Source: a virus
Taxonomy: Duplodnaviria; Heunggongvirae; Uroviricota; Caudoviricetes
DNA: 64,000 nucleotides
Virus record (IMG/VR): IMGVR_UViG_3300027887_000330
Direction: 5' to 3' (one strand)
Every line of letters starts with the position of its first letter. The first letter of the stretch is position 1. A program made the position numbers and the translations under genes. This document shows positions 18,345-28,215 of the stretch, piece by piece. The notes below the pieces were generated by a model. The model was given only the letters and a program-made list of their open reading frames with translations. It was not told the origin of the DNA and did no database searches.

Positions 18345-18928
18345 ATAAGCAAGTATATAGACTAGCCTTCATGGGTAAAATGGGAGCAGGGAAATCAACG
18401 ATAGCTTTAGAAGCTCTGGGCCAGTTCGTAGCAAAATATACGACGGAGGATTCCATAGGCTACTTTATAAAGTTCGCTAACCCACTACACCAATGTGCCC
18501 TGGCGTTTCACCGCAGGGAGAAGCCCCGCACCTTTCTACAGAGATTAGGCGACTTGGGTCGAAGAGAATTTGGTGATGATGTGTTTGAGAAAATCTTTGA
18601 AGAAAACGTAGAAGGATTAATAACTAAGAAGGTTCCAGAGCTGGAGCAAAATAATATCCTTTTAATGACCGATGATTTAAGATTCATGGGTGAATATAAT
18701 CTAGTTAAAAGACTTGGATTCACTGTCGTAGCTGTTGAAGCCGATGAAGAGATACGTAAACAGCGCATCGGTCCTGCTTTTACTAATGTAAAGCATAGAT
18801 CAGAGATGGAGATGGAACAAATTACTCCAGACTTTGTCATAGATAACAATGAAGACGATCCCCACATGCTAGCCGTGAATTCTCAGCTAAGACAGATATT
18901 CAATGAACATAAATTAATAGGAGACTAG
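18341..18928 (+). CDS. P-loop NTPase, probable (deoxy)nucleoside monophosphate kinase
   Basis: Walker A FMGKMGAGKST. 195 aa. Nucleotide-metabolism neighbourhood. Confidence 0.5.
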   Translation: MNKQVYRLAFMGKMGAGKSTIALEALGQFVAKYTTEDSIGYFIKFANPLHQCALAFHRREKPRTFLQRLGDLGRREFGDDVFEKIFEENVEGLITKKVPELEQNNILLMTDDLRFMGEYNLVKRLGFTVVAVEADEEIRKQRIGPAFTNVKHRSEMEMEQITPDFVIDNNEDDPHMLAVNSQLRQIFNEHKLIGD

Positions 18929-18929
18929 G

Positions 18930-19367
18930 ATGGCTCAACTGCTAGATATACTAGAGTTTAAACCAGACAATTTCTTGGTAGCCCCGAAGGAAGAATGGCG
19001 TATAATGAGTATAGGATCTTCCAAGAAGGCTGGAACACAGCCAAGGTACTGTGCTGCTAATTGTGAGGATTACCTAAAGGATAAAGATCAGAAGTGCGGC
19101 CGATTTTATGAGTGTACCAAGCTCGTTTTTGATATGCACAAGATAGATAACGGAGAGTCTATGATCCTGATAATGTTTGCCACTGAGACAGACCCTCCTT
19201 ACGATGGTTTGGCCTGGTGGGTAAGCGAGGCTCAGCTAGTAGAAACAATGGGCAGGTTACCGAATGGACACATAGACATAGAATTAGGAAAGAAGATAGT
19301 AAGTGCGATGCTAAAGGAATTTCACGCTCTTACCAATCCCCCTAGCGAGGGCATCTTAATAACTTAG
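18930..19367 (+). CDS. Hypothetical protein
   Basis: 145-aa ORF coupled to the upstream gene. Confidence 0.45.
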   Translation: MAQLLDILEFKPDNFLVAPKEEWRIMSIGSSKKAGTQPRYCAANCEDYLKDKDQKCGRFYECTKLVFDMHKIDNGESMILIMFATETDPPYDGLAWWVSEAQLVETMGRLPNGHIDIELGKKIVSAMLKEFHALTNPPSEGILIT

Positions 19368-19490
19368 GAGGTTATCTTATGTTGACTAGGAAATATATGT
19401 TACCAATAGTCAGGCATTGTTGCTCTGGCAATTGACTTAGAGTCCTGGGTATGACTCACCAAAAACTACCCAACATCAAAACAACAGGAG

Positions 19491-20468
19491 TTGTATAGAA
19501 TGGCAGAAAGCAAAGATCCCAGAACGCCCAAGATGAAATCAGTAGTCAAGGCGATCTGTGAAAACTTCGAAGAGAAAAAGATTCAAAGTAGGAAAGGCCA
19601 GGGCGGCAAGTCTTTTAACTACGTTAAGGCACAAGAGTATATAGTTAAATTGAATGACGTATTTGGTGTAGCTTGGAGTATTGAAACTATCAGCCATAGC
19701 TTCGCTAATAATAACATAGTTATGTGGGTGAGAATTACTTACCCTAACCCTGACAACCCGGACCAGTTGTTCCATAAGGACGGTTGGGGCAGTCACCCGA
19801 TTGCTGGGGACCCAGGGAATGCATTCAAATCAGTTTATTCAAAGGCATTCACTAAGGCAGCCTCTATGATAGGGGCCGGACTACACCTGTGGGGAGTAGA
19901 CGCTGACGAAGACGACGCCCCTGTATGGGATCAAATGGGGACCCCTCCAGCAGCGGCAGTTCCTACCGGAGTAACTGGTCTACCACCAGTTCCTAGTCCT
20001 CAGGGGACTGCAGGAAGCCCTCTTCCTCCACCGCCCCCTCATACTGGAACGGGCGTACCACTAGCCCCGCCACCACAGGTTACAGGGCACCCTTTGCCTC
20101 CACCTCCGCAGTTCTCTAATAGCGGAGCGGGCGTAAACCCAGGAGCGGCTTATATACCACCATTACCACCCCCTCCTATCCCAACGGGGAATCCAGGAGC
20201 AGTGGATACAACTCAGGCAGTCGGCATAACTAGCGGGCCAGATACACCTGCTTCTGCCGCGATAGGAATACCCAGTTCTGGAAGACCGGGCGGCATAGAA
20301 GATTTTCAGGTTAATGGGATATTAGGAGCGGCTGTAACCAGAGCTATGGATCCACTCCAATTGGTCGCTAGTATTCTAGGTCAAACTGGAATAACAGATA
20401 TAGGACAATTGACTGCTGAGCAAGCTCAACGAGTTTTAGATGCCGTTAGGCAGATGCCTCCGCAGTAA
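19491..20468 (+). CDS. Rad52/Sak-like single-strand annealing protein with Pro-rich C-terminal tail
   Basis: N-terminal domain pattern KLNDVFGVAWSIE...VRITY resembles the Rad52/Rad22 family. C-terminal 150 aa is a P/G-rich low-complexity tail. Confidence 0.4.
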   Translation: MYRMAESKDPRTPKMKSVVKAICENFEEKKIQSRKGQGGKSFNYVKAQEYIVKLNDVFGVAWSIETISHSFANNNIVMWVRITYPNPDNPDQLFHKDGWGSHPIAGDPGNAFKSVYSKAFTKAASMIGAGLHLWGVDADEDDAPVWDQMGTPPAAAVPTGVTGLPPVPSPQGTAGSPLPPPPPHTGTGVPLAPPPQVTGHPLPPPPQFSNSGAGVNPGAAYIPPLPPPPIPTGNPGAVDTTQAVGITSGPDTPASAAIGIPSSGRPGGIEDFQVNGILGAAVTRAMDPLQLVASILGQTGITDIGQLTAEQAQRVLDAVRQMPPQ

Positions 20469-20479
20469 GGTAGGTATAA

Positions 20480-22510
20480 ATGTTGGATTATAAAAAGATT
20501 AAGCTAGACGATTACAATTTGGAGATCGAGGTTGGGGTAGTTCCTAACAGCTCAACCTCTGATTTCCTTTCTAATCTGAGGGTAGGCAACACTATCGCTA
20601 AGAGCGACTATGAAGAGTTTTTGTTGTCTAGTTTAGTTCGAAATTTCCCTGGCTTGGTAAAACGCCTTGGCTCTATAGCCGATGACCAAGAAAAGAATGT
20701 GATACGACTGCGACTACTGGAAGCTATCTATCATTTAAATTCCAAGCTGCAACCCGGTCATGTAATCATACACGACCAGAGATTGTTACACAGAATGGAT
20801 TCAATACGCGGCGGTGGCCCCTCGGAACCCGTGCTTACAATGAATCCGGGTTGGTTAGATTCCAATAAAGGAGACTTACAAGTGTTTGCTGCCCCTGTAC
20901 AGGAGCTGATTAACAACATATGGGAAGAGCTTAAGTCTGATAGGTCTAAAGACTATACCTTAATGAAGGTGAACGTACTAGAAATGGAACTGCCTATTTT
21001 AGTTCTGTCTAGTACTAAAGTTGATCTGGACGACTTGATCGTGGATTTTTTATTCAAGAAGTGCGATGGTAACTTATTTTTGGCTAAGCACGATCTGAGA
21101 TTATGGATTGGCTATGTACTTGCTGTATCTATACCTCATATAGAGAAAATTATTTATGCCCTGGCCAAATCTAATTACATGAATGCTTACACTGAGAATG
21201 TAATTTATACTCAGATGTACATGTCTGTATTAAAGATTAATCCAGAGTTAAATTGGGAGATCATAGACTGGGACTCATTTCAGAACCAAGAGACCAGCCA
21301 GAAGGAACCAGAAGAGACACGTATACGGCGTATAACTTCCAAGACTCCTCTAACTAGAGAGAAGATTAGGACTTCGCGAGAGGAGGCGGAAGAAGAGAAG
21401 CCAAAGTTTAGGGACGTTCCGTATGAAAAAGTTTTAGGGTTACCCGCTGAGGTAAAGACCAGGATTATAGGGCAGGACCAGGCTGTTGACTCAGTATGTG
21501 AGTCCATAGCTGTAGCTAGAGTGGGCCTCCGGGGAGATAAAAAACCCGTAGGAACGTTCTTGTTTGCCGGAAAAACTGGTGTTGGTAAGACCGAGTTGGC
21601 TAAAGTATTGGCTGATGTCTTAACAGACCATGAGCCCATACGGATAGATTGTTCTGAGTATCAGCAAGCTCACGAGATCTCCAAGATCTTTGGGGCTCCC
21701 CCAGGCTACATAGGATTCGAAGACGATGGCAAGCACCCTAATCAGGGGACTCCACCGGCAACGGTAGCTTCTAAACTGAAGGAAAAACCATTTAGTGTCG
21801 TACTTTTTGACGAAATAGAAAAAGCTGACCCTGCTATTAACAATGTCCTTCTACAAATTATGGACGAGGGGCATGTAACCAGCGGGCGCGGGGAAGTAGT
21901 ATCATTCAACAACGCTGTTGTGATACTTACTTCTAACATCGGTACAGCTGAGGCTGAGGAGGCTTGTTTAAAGGAAGACTTGGGCTTCGTGATAAACGAA
22001 ATTGATAAGTGCTCCCTAGCCGAGGAAACAATTAAGTCATCCATACGAGAAAGGTTTAAACCAGAGTTTCGTAATAGGCTGACGGAGACGATCATATTTA
22101 ATTCTCTAGAGAAGGATACCTGTAAAGGAATAGTAGACGTATTGCTGAGAAAGACCAAGGAGAACCTGGAAAAGGCCCAGCATATATCTATGAAGTGGGA
22201 CGATGCAGTTAGAGATTTTGTACTGAGTGAAGGTTTTAGCGAGGACTTCGGAGCCCGTGAGATGGAACGAGTAATTCAAAAGCAAATAGAATTGCCTCTG
22301 GCTAGGCATATACTAGAAAATAAATACATGACTGCTAAGAAGGCAGAGATGCCAGCCGGGTCTACAATACATCTTAGTATAAAAGCCGGTGAGTTAACAT
22401 TTAAAATTAAGGATGATACTAATGAAAAAACTGATATTCGGAGAGCAAGACTTTCTAGTACAGATGTCACCCCTGGAAGGAAGTCCAGATCGGGTAATAA
22501 TCAGACATAA
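20480..22510 (+). CDS. ClpA/ClpB-like AAA+ ATPase (D2-type module with unknown 300-aa N-terminal domain)
   Basis: GQDQAVDSVCESIA...FLFAGKTGVGKTELAKVLA (Walker A). VVLFDEIEKA (Walker B). sensor/SRH VVILTSNIG. ClpB_D2-small-like C-terminus. Confidence 0.75.
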   Translation: MLDYKKIKLDDYNLEIEVGVVPNSSTSDFLSNLRVGNTIAKSDYEEFLLSSLVRNFPGLVKRLGSIADDQEKNVIRLRLLEAIYHLNSKLQPGHVIIHDQRLLHRMDSIRGGGPSEPVLTMNPGWLDSNKGDLQVFAAPVQELINNIWEELKSDRSKDYTLMKVNVLEMELPILVLSSTKVDLDDLIVDFLFKKCDGNLFLAKHDLRLWIGYVLAVSIPHIEKIIYALAKSNYMNAYTENVIYTQMYMSVLKINPELNWEIIDWDSFQNQETSQKEPEETRIRRITSKTPLTREKIRTSREEAEEEKPKFRDVPYEKVLGLPAEVKTRIIGQDQAVDSVCESIAVARVGLRGDKKPVGTFLFAGKTGVGKTELAKVLADVLTDHEPIRIDCSEYQQAHEISKIFGAPPGYIGFEDDGKHPNQGTPPATVASKLKEKPFSVVLFDEIEKADPAINNVLLQIMDEGHVTSGRGEVVSFNNAVVILTSNIGTAEAEEACLKEDLGFVINEIDKCSLAEETIKSSIRERFKPEFRNRLTETIIFNSLEKDTCKGIVDVLLRKTKENLEKAQHISMKWDDAVRDFVLSEGFSEDFGAREMERVIQKQIELPLARHILENKYMTAKKAEMPAGSTIHLSIKAGELTFKIKDDTNEKTDIRRARLSSTDVTPGRKSRSGNNQT

Positions 22511-22618
22511 TGCTACTAAGCTCTCCTCTATAGCAGACACACAGGTGGAAGCCTGGCGGGAGATGTTTGATATATTAACTAAGCATTATGGTATGAAGGT
22601 AATAAAAAGAGGCCTCTA

Positions 22619-23158
22619 ATGAAGTGGAGTGACCGCGAGCTGGGACATTTAAGAATGATTTTAGAGAGATATCAATCTCATTCTGTTCATGACATGTCCC
22701 AGCTTGCACATAAAACAATTAAGAGGAGATCCGCTAACGCTATAAGCCACAAGCTTCGAGAGTTAATTGCGGAGCAGGAATTCAAGGACGATCATATAGA
22801 AGTAAATGGAGTTGTATATCCTGCACAAGTAATTTCTGGATACGTAGTAATGACACTGCCGGACGGGATCATGTACCCGGCTCATATATTTGTATGGGAG
22901 AGTGAGTTTGGGCCGGTCCCCGTGGGCTATCACATCCATCATATAAACGGTAAGAGCTATGACAATAGGCTAAAAAACTTACAGCTGATGTCAGCCCCTG
23001 ACCATATTCGACTCCATACTTCAGGCCAACCCTCGGAAACTGCCATGTTATTTTGGTTCTTACAAGAACATAATATGTGGAGTAACTATCTGGATTACCG
23101 TAAGCAGATAATTGAATCAGACTGGTGTAATAAACCAAGGGAAGAAGGAACTGAATAA
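22619..23158 (+). CDS. HNH homing endonuclease
   Basis: GYHIHHINGKSYDNRLKNLQLMSAPDHIRLH HNH motif. Confidence 0.7.
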   Translation: MKWSDRELGHLRMILERYQSHSVHDMSQLAHKTIKRRSANAISHKLRELIAEQEFKDDHIEVNGVVYPAQVISGYVVMTLPDGIMYPAHIFVWESEFGPVPVGYHIHHINGKSYDNRLKNLQLMSAPDHIRLHTSGQPSETAMLFWFLQEHNMWSNYLDYRKQIIESDWCNKPREEGTE

Positions 23159-23568
23159 TGGAATGCTTAAACTGTCCGCACTGCGGACAACTATTAACGA
23201 CTGTTGAGACTCCGGTATTTTCGAAGTGGGGGGGAGTAGAACTGAACATATGTTTAAATGATTTTTGTGATTATTTTGCACGTTCATGGAAAATGCTATC
23301 TGAACAGTCTGGCTCGTGGTTAGGTTATCGTTATTTTCATGGAGAAAATGGCCAAGAAGGACCGATAGCAGTGGCCTCCGTGGACACTTTTAAAGACTCT
23401 ACTATTACTGAAGAAGAAAAGAAATCACGCCAGCAACGTGCCTATAATCGTGAGAAAGAATTTAGAAATTTATTAGAGGCTATCTCCTCCGCAGAGGAAA
23501 AAAAAGACTTACAATTGTCTGAGTGGCTTCAAGAGCTTAGGAAATTAAAATATCCTAATAAAACCTAA
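23158..23568 (+). CDS. Zinc-ribbon protein
   Basis: CLNCPHCG...CLNDFC pairs. Last gene of the plus block. Confidence 0.45.
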   Translation: MECLNCPHCGQLLTTVETPVFSKWGGVELNICLNDFCDYFARSWKMLSEQSGSWLGYRYFHGENGQEGPIAVASVDTFKDSTITEEEKKSRQQRAYNREKEFRNLLEAISSAEEKKDLQLSEWLQELRKLKYPNKT

Positions 23569-24490
23569 GGTTTTTCTTACGTTTTAAACCTAATTTAAAA
23601 GCTCTCATCTGTATACCAGACCAGTTACGGCCAGGGAGCTTTTTCATTAGGTCCTCCCTCAACATGATATCATAATTTTTTCTAAGGAGGTCGTCTTCGT
23701 GTGGCCTCCAAATACAATTATGAATAGGTTCAGGGTTGTCTATAATTTCCTTTGCTTTGGAGTGTTTTCTATCCATATATAAATTTGATCCTTCATAGAT
23801 ATATCTTAGGAAGTGCCACGCATCCCTACCAGAGTAAGTAACACACCATGAGGTCCCTGATTGAGTCACATTATAGTTATTTGCCCATACCTGTGAAAAA
23901 CATTGGTGTACGAAGGTAATCATTTGCTTATTTCCCGTTATATTTGCCTCCGGCCTATTGTGGTTTCTACCTCCCATTCTTACACACCCGTCACCGTCAA
24001 ACAGCCCCCTGATAAAGTGTCTAGTAAGTTCCGGAGGCAAGACCGGCGGGTTTACAACTTTGGATTTTTTTGGAATTATATTATAGGATGAAAGGCTTCG
24101 TAGCAATTCTGTATTATAGATACACAGCCCTTTTTGTGCCTTAGTATTTTTATACCCTCGTTTGTAACTAATAGGCGAGTCTGGGGAAGCTAGATTACGG
24201 ATTTTTATTAGTATGTCTTCGTCAGATTCCTGTAACCACAGGTTAATAGCTCGGTGATTTATACACCCATCAGCAGACCACATCCCTAATATATACGCTT
24301 TTTCTTCTGAATCAATCTTAGAGAAATCCAAGACTACTTTTCTAGGGACTCTTTTCTGCAAGCTATGTCGACTTATTTTATTTCGAATTGCTATAATGTC
24401 CCGTCTTGGTAGTAGTTTACATAAATCAGGGCCTTCCATATTTGGATAGTTATCTTCTAAAATTTTGAGCTCCTCTTTTGACCAACGCAT
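23555..24490 (-). CDS. LAGLIDADG homing endonuclease (double-motif)
   Basis: YILGMWSADGCI and FIRGLFDGDGCV, two LAGLIDADG blocks. Confidence 0.8.
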   Translation of the reverse strand: MRWSKEELKILEDNYPNMEGPDLCKLLPRRDIIAIRNKISRHSLQKRVPRKVVLDFSKIDSEEKAYILGMWSADGCINHRAINLWLQESDEDILIKIRNLASPDSPISYKRGYKNTKAQKGLCIYNTELLRSLSSYNIIPKKSKVVNPPVLPPELTRHFIRGLFDGDGCVRMGGRNHNRPEANITGNKQMITFVHQCFSQVWANNYNVTQSGTSWCVTYSGRDAWHFLRYIYEGSNLYMDRKHSKAKEIIDNPEPIHNCIWRPHEDDLLRKNYDIMLREDLMKKLPGRNWSGIQMRAFKLGLKRKKNLRFY

Positions 24491-24571
24491 TTAATACCCT
24501 CTTGCTATTTTTCTACCTACTTATACGAGTTAGTAAGTTAAAAGGATTGCAAATAAAAAACCTTAGGTATA

Positions 24572-24600
24572 GGGGAGCCCCGAAGGGCTCCCCTTTTTGT
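24572..24600. terminator. Strong GC hairpin plus T-tract (intrinsic terminator-like, plus-oriented)
   Basis: GGGGAGCCC-CGAA-GGGCTCCCC followed by TTTTTGTTT on the plus strand. Sits 1 nt from the stop of the minus-strand gene 24601..25278. Confidence 0.5.
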
Positions 24601-25278
24601 TTAATGGGCCGCAGCCCGTCTCATGTCTACCAGCTCGTCGAAAAGCCTGGTAGTGGTGGTGTCCACGAGGGTGTCAACCTTGTTCTTGTAGAACTCAAAC
24701 ACGTCTTCATGCATGAATCTGTTGGTGTCCCTGCGGGCAGTGGCCTCTGTCCGATACTTGGTGGCTATTGCCCTAGACTTGTCTTGACCAATAGGTTTAG
24801 CTTGCCGGTTATAGGCATTCAACTCAAGAAAAGAAGACTGTAGGTCAGCCATAGCCCTGGGTTTGTCCAGAATGAGGTCCTTGAGAGTCGAGTCCTCTTG
24901 GATGTAGTCTTTCCTCAATTCCACCAGATCATTCTGTTCCTTCTGCTGGGCTCTCCGCAAAGACTCTACCATTTCTTTGGCTTGATTAGCCTTAGCAAGA
25001 GCTTCCTCCCCCACCTGTCGGTGTCTGAGGGCATCTTCTACGCTAGTCGCCTCTGTAAAAGCAGCCGCGGCTCCCTGAGCTATTCTGAGGTTTTCATCCA
25101 GAGAGACCTGTTCTTTGACAATCTTCTCTTCCAGGCTGTGAATGATCTTGAATCTCTCATTGCTGGCGGCTGTAAGTTTATCGGTTAGAACGCGCCGATT
25201 CCAGATAGCTGCATCGTATCTCATATCGGTCATGAAAAATCTGAGTTTGAACTTAACCCAGTCCATTGCTTTAGACAT
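24601..25278 (-). CDS. Coiled-coil protein, weakly PspA/IM30-like
   Basis: 225 aa, all-helical, charged heptad-rich, PspA-like length. Weak similarity only. Confidence 0.3.
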   Translation of the reverse strand: MSKAMDWVKFKLRFFMTDMRYDAAIWNRRVLTDKLTAASNERFKIIHSLEEKIVKEQVSLDENLRIAQGAAAAFTEATSVEDALRHRQVGEEALAKANQAKEMVESLRRAQQKEQNDLVELRKDYIQEDSTLKDLILDKPRAMADLQSSFLELNAYNRQAKPIGQDKSRAIATKYRTEATARRDTNRFMHEDVFEFYKNKVDTLVDTTTTRLFDELVDMRRAAAH

Positions 25279-25295
25279 AGTGTCAACTCCTTTGG

Positions 25296-25712
25296 CTAGT
25301 TCACCAGTTCTTCTGCTATTCGCGGTGATACAAATATTCGGTGTTCTACACTGCCATTCCAGACGACATTGTAGTTCTCCTCCTTTAGACGCCGGACTAT
25401 AGTGTTACCTGCCCGAAGGCTCCCGGCTTCCGAATTGCCCAGGAACCCTATGTAAAGTCCCGACTTACCCTCGCTCATCCCCTCTTCATCTTGGATATGC
25501 CAAAATAACCCGTAGATCTTATTGGACTCGTTCATTGCTGAGCCTACCTCATAAGAGGCGCAGGTTGTACAGCAACAGTCTCCGGTTAGCATGACAAAGT
25601 CTTTCTCCAGTGGGGCTAAGGAAGCTTTAAGATTCTCCAAAAAGTATAAAACCTCTTCTCGAAAGTTCCATCTCTCCAGACTATAAGTATTTTCTTCTGC
25701 TAATTGAGCCAT
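25296..25712 (-). CDS. Acidic protein related to the central domain of the MFYR paralog family (lacks the conserved N-terminus)
   Basis: GLYIGFLGNSEAGS parallels YLTIGFPTVS and FYLCIGFPHIG in array members. Directly abuts the array. Confidence 0.5.
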   Translation of the reverse strand: MAQLAEENTYSLERWNFREEVLYFLENLKASLAPLEKDFVMLTGDCCCTTCASYEVGSAMNESNKIYGLFWHIQDEEGMSEGKSGLYIGFLGNSEAGSLRAGNTIVRRLKEENYNVVWNGSVEHRIFVSPRIAEELVN

Positions 25713-25719
25713 GTATTTC

Positions 25720-26070
25720 CTATCCGTATGAGTACGAAAACACCCAGCCGGGACTTGTTGAGGGCGTTATGTTGTATTTCCTTAGTGTTGCAAGAAGAGA
25801 AGTATTCCACTCTATTTTCTTGAGTTGATTATCTTCAACGAACTGCACGAAGTCTTCGTCTGAGTAACGGGCTATTAAGATTACCAGAGCCGGTTCATTC
25901 TCATCGTGTATAAAATGAGGGCTCTCTTCGTTTCCCCAGGAATAGGTATCGTAAAGTGCATCTCTTTGATCCTCTGAGAGACAGTGTAGATCCTCTTTTG
26001 TTAGTCGATACCCCCATCCAATGTATGAACTAGAACTCGAATTGGTTACAAATTTAGATCGGTAAATCAT
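25720..26070 (-). CDS. MFYR-family paralog 1 (start at MIYRSKFVTNSSSSS)
   Basis: Conserved N-terminus and C-terminal SPGWVF motif. The track ORF extends 8 codons upstream. Confidence 0.6.
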   Translation of the reverse strand: MIYRSKFVTNSSSSSYIGWGYRLTKEDLHCLSEDQRDALYDTYSWGNEESPHFIHDENEPALVILIARYSDEDFVQFVEDNQLKKIEWNTSLLATLRKYNITPSTSPGWVFSYSYG

Positions 26071-26414
26071 GATGCGTGGTGTGTGAAGAACCATCCAGGA
26101 CTCAGACCTTCAGTGTCTAAGCCTAGGTTTTTACATTGCTCCTGTATTGCTTCTGCCCATTCAGGTTTTACTGAGTCCCCGAATGTGTTGATGCAGATGG
26201 TTCCGTAGTAGTCGTCCAAGTCTTGGTAGGACTCTGAGATGTAAACTAGGTAGTTGTCATCGTCTGAGCAGCCTTCTACTATCTTGTCTCCGTCGTAGAG
26301 TTTGTCAAAGAAGTCATCTGGCTTCTCTCTTAGTCTATTCTCAGGGATAACTATACCCCAAGCTACGAATGAAGTGGTGCTCGAATTGGTTATAAATTTG
26401 CTGCGGTAGAACAT
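26067..26414 (-). CDS. MFYR-family paralog 2 (start MFYRSKFITNSSTTSF)
   Basis: Start ATG overlaps the stop of the upstream paralog (TGATG). C-terminal SPGWFF. Confidence 0.6.
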   Translation of the reverse strand: MFYRSKFITNSSTTSFVAWGIVIPENRLREKPDDFFDKLYDGDKIVEGCSDDDNYLVYISESYQDLDDYYGTICINTFGDSVKPEWAEAIQEQCKNLGLDTEGLSPGWFFTHHAS

Positions 26415-26728
26415 CAGCCGTCGTACCATCCGTCTTCGATGTAACCTATGGTATCATCCACATTGTTCCTCTTGGCCCATGCTTCCAGGGCTTTGTACTT
26501 TTCCTGCAGTTCATTGGCGGGGCCAAAGACTATCATTCCTTCTTTGTCTATGCTCACCGTCGGAAAGCCAATAGTGAGATACACCACGTCTCCGGGTGTC
26601 CAGTATTCCTGTATTCCTTCTGGTAGCCCCTCTTCAATTTTATCAAATGTTCCTCGGTGAACCTCTATTCCAAACGCTACCAAAGATGTGCTGCTTGAAT
26701 TCGTTACGAATAATTTCCTGTAAAACAT
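26414..26728 (-). CDS. MFYR-family paralog 3 (MFYRKLFVTNSSSTSL)
   Basis: Conserved N-terminus. C-terminal EDGWYDG. Confidence 0.6.
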   Translation of the reverse strand: MFYRKLFVTNSSSTSLVAFGIEVHRGTFDKIEEGLPEGIQEYWTPGDVVYLTIGFPTVSIDKEGMIVFGPANELQEKYKALEAWAKRNNVDDTIGYIEDGWYDG

Positions 26729-27180
26729 TAGCTATACCAGTTGTCCTCCACTATCTGTATTTGTTCGTCAAGGCCCACTCCCACAATTATGTCCATGAGC
26801 TCTTGGTAACCATCCACCAACGCTTGGTCATCATGTATGAAAGTAACGCCCGTTTCTGTTATGCCTATGTGAGGAAAACCTATACACAGGTAAAACCGAT
26901 CCCCGTCGGGGGGAAGTTCCATGTAGACTGTCCCTGTAGGAAGCACAGCCTCCAGGAATTCATAGTCCATATCGTTTTCTTCCAGATACTTTCCAGGGTC
27001 TCCCAGAAAAGCATCGGAATCCACGTTGGGCCAACTATTAATTATTTCCAAAGCCTTAGCAGTATTCTTTTCTACATAATAGGTGCAGATGTCTACCATC
27101 GTTCCCCGGTCCAGTTCTATTCCAAAGGCTATGAACGAGCTCGAACTTGAGTTTGTTACAAATTTTTGTCGGTAAAACAA
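26728..27180 (-). CDS. MFYR-family paralog 4 (MFYRQKFVTNSSSSSF)
   Basis: Conserved N-terminus. C-terminal EDNWYS. Strongly acidic. Confidence 0.6.
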   Translation of the reverse strand: MFYRQKFVTNSSSSSFIAFGIELDRGTMVDICTYYVEKNTAKALEIINSWPNVDSDAFLGDPGKYLEENDMDYEFLEAVLPTGTVYMELPPDGDRFYLCIGFPHIGITETGVTFIHDDQALVDGYQELMDIIVGVGLDEQIQIVEDNWYS

Positions 27181-27435
27181 TTACCACTCCTTGTTTTCTA
27201 CCATCCTAACAATTTCCTCTACAGGAAGCTGCTTGTGGTCTTTGTAATCCTGTATTGCTCCCTCAATTTCATTTGTTATCCTGACGAGATCTGGTGTCAA
27301 GTGCTGTCCGTCATCATCCTCGTAGTTAGCGGCACAACGTATAAGGCGGCGGGCTTCTTTCAAGGATTTCAGGGCATCCAGTATCACGTAGGAACTTGAA
27401 CTTGAGTTCGTTATATGTTTTGGTCGATAAAGCAT
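27181..27435 (-). CDS. MFYR-family paralog 5 (start MLYRPKHITNSSSSSY)
   Basis: Internal Met gives the conserved N-terminus. The track ORF has a 17-codon upstream extension. Confidence 0.5.
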   Translation of the reverse strand: MLYRPKHITNSSSSSYVILDALKSLKEARRLIRCAANYEDDDGQHLTPDLVRITNEIEGAIQDYKDHKQLPVEEIVRMVENKEW

Positions 27436-27436
27436 C

Positions 27437-27784
27437 TTAATGTCCTGAGTTATAGAATCCCCAAGCAGGGCTGTCGTCCATGTCAAAGCCGTACTTGGTA
27501 ACTGCTTTCTTTAACTCTGTTAAAGCCGCCACTTCGTCAATTTCTTTGTGCCCAATAGGTTGCCAAATCCCATACTCGAACGCAGGTAACTCTGACGCCT
27601 TGATATAAAACAAAGCGGAGCCCTCATCCATGTATGTCCTGGCTATACCCACAGGGCCATCTTCATATATATCTGCTTCTGCTAGTTCATCATACCTTTT
27701 AGGATCATTCGCTCGGGCGTAAACTCCGTAGGCTATGAAACAAGTCGATGAGCTGTTCGTCACAAACTTTGCTCGGTAATACAT
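27437..27784 (-). CDS. MFYR-family paralog 6 (MYYRAKFVTNSSSTCF)
   Basis: Conserved N-terminus. C-terminal SPAWGF. Confidence 0.6.
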   Translation of the reverse strand: MYYRAKFVTNSSSTCFIAYGVYARANDPKRYDELAEADIYEDGPVGIARTYMDEGSALFYIKASELPAFEYGIWQPIGHKEIDEVAALTELKKAVTKYGFDMDDSPAWGFYNSGH

Positions 27785-28215
27785 TAAGTCCTCACATCAA
27801 TCGCTACTCTCCAAGCGGGTTCAGCTGTGCTGTCCCCATAAGCAGTAGCGGTAATTCCGTACTCCAGACAGAAGAGTTTTATTTTGTGCATCCACTCTTC
27901 TTCTTTTGCCTTGCTTTCTTGTAGGTGATCTATAGGGAGATCATCTACGCTGCCCTCTAGGGACCAATATGAATTATTGATATAGGCCATGCCGCTTTGG
28001 CAGTCAGGATCTATGTATAATCCTATGTCTCCCTTTAAGGTCTCTGCCCAGTCCCATAGTATTTGAGACTGATCTTCCCACGTAGCTTTGGTGAGCTCTT
28101 CCGGCGGGATTATTTTTTCTAGTATATTATTAGCTGAGTCTTCATCAAAATTAATTCCAAAGAAAATGAAACTCGTTGAAGAAGAGTTCGTTACGAACTT
28201 TTGTCTGTAAAACAA
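27784..28215 (-). CDS. MFYR-family paralog 7 (MFYRQKFVTNSSSTSF)
   Basis: Conserved N-terminus. C-terminal EPAWRVAI. Confidence 0.6.
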   Translation of the reverse strand: MFYRQKFVTNSSSTSFIFFGINFDEDSANNILEKIIPPEELTKATWEDQSQILWDWAETLKGDIGLYIDPDCQSGMAYINNSYWSLEGSVDDLPIDHLQESKAKEEEWMHKIKLFCLEYGITATAYGDSTAEPAWRVAIDVRT

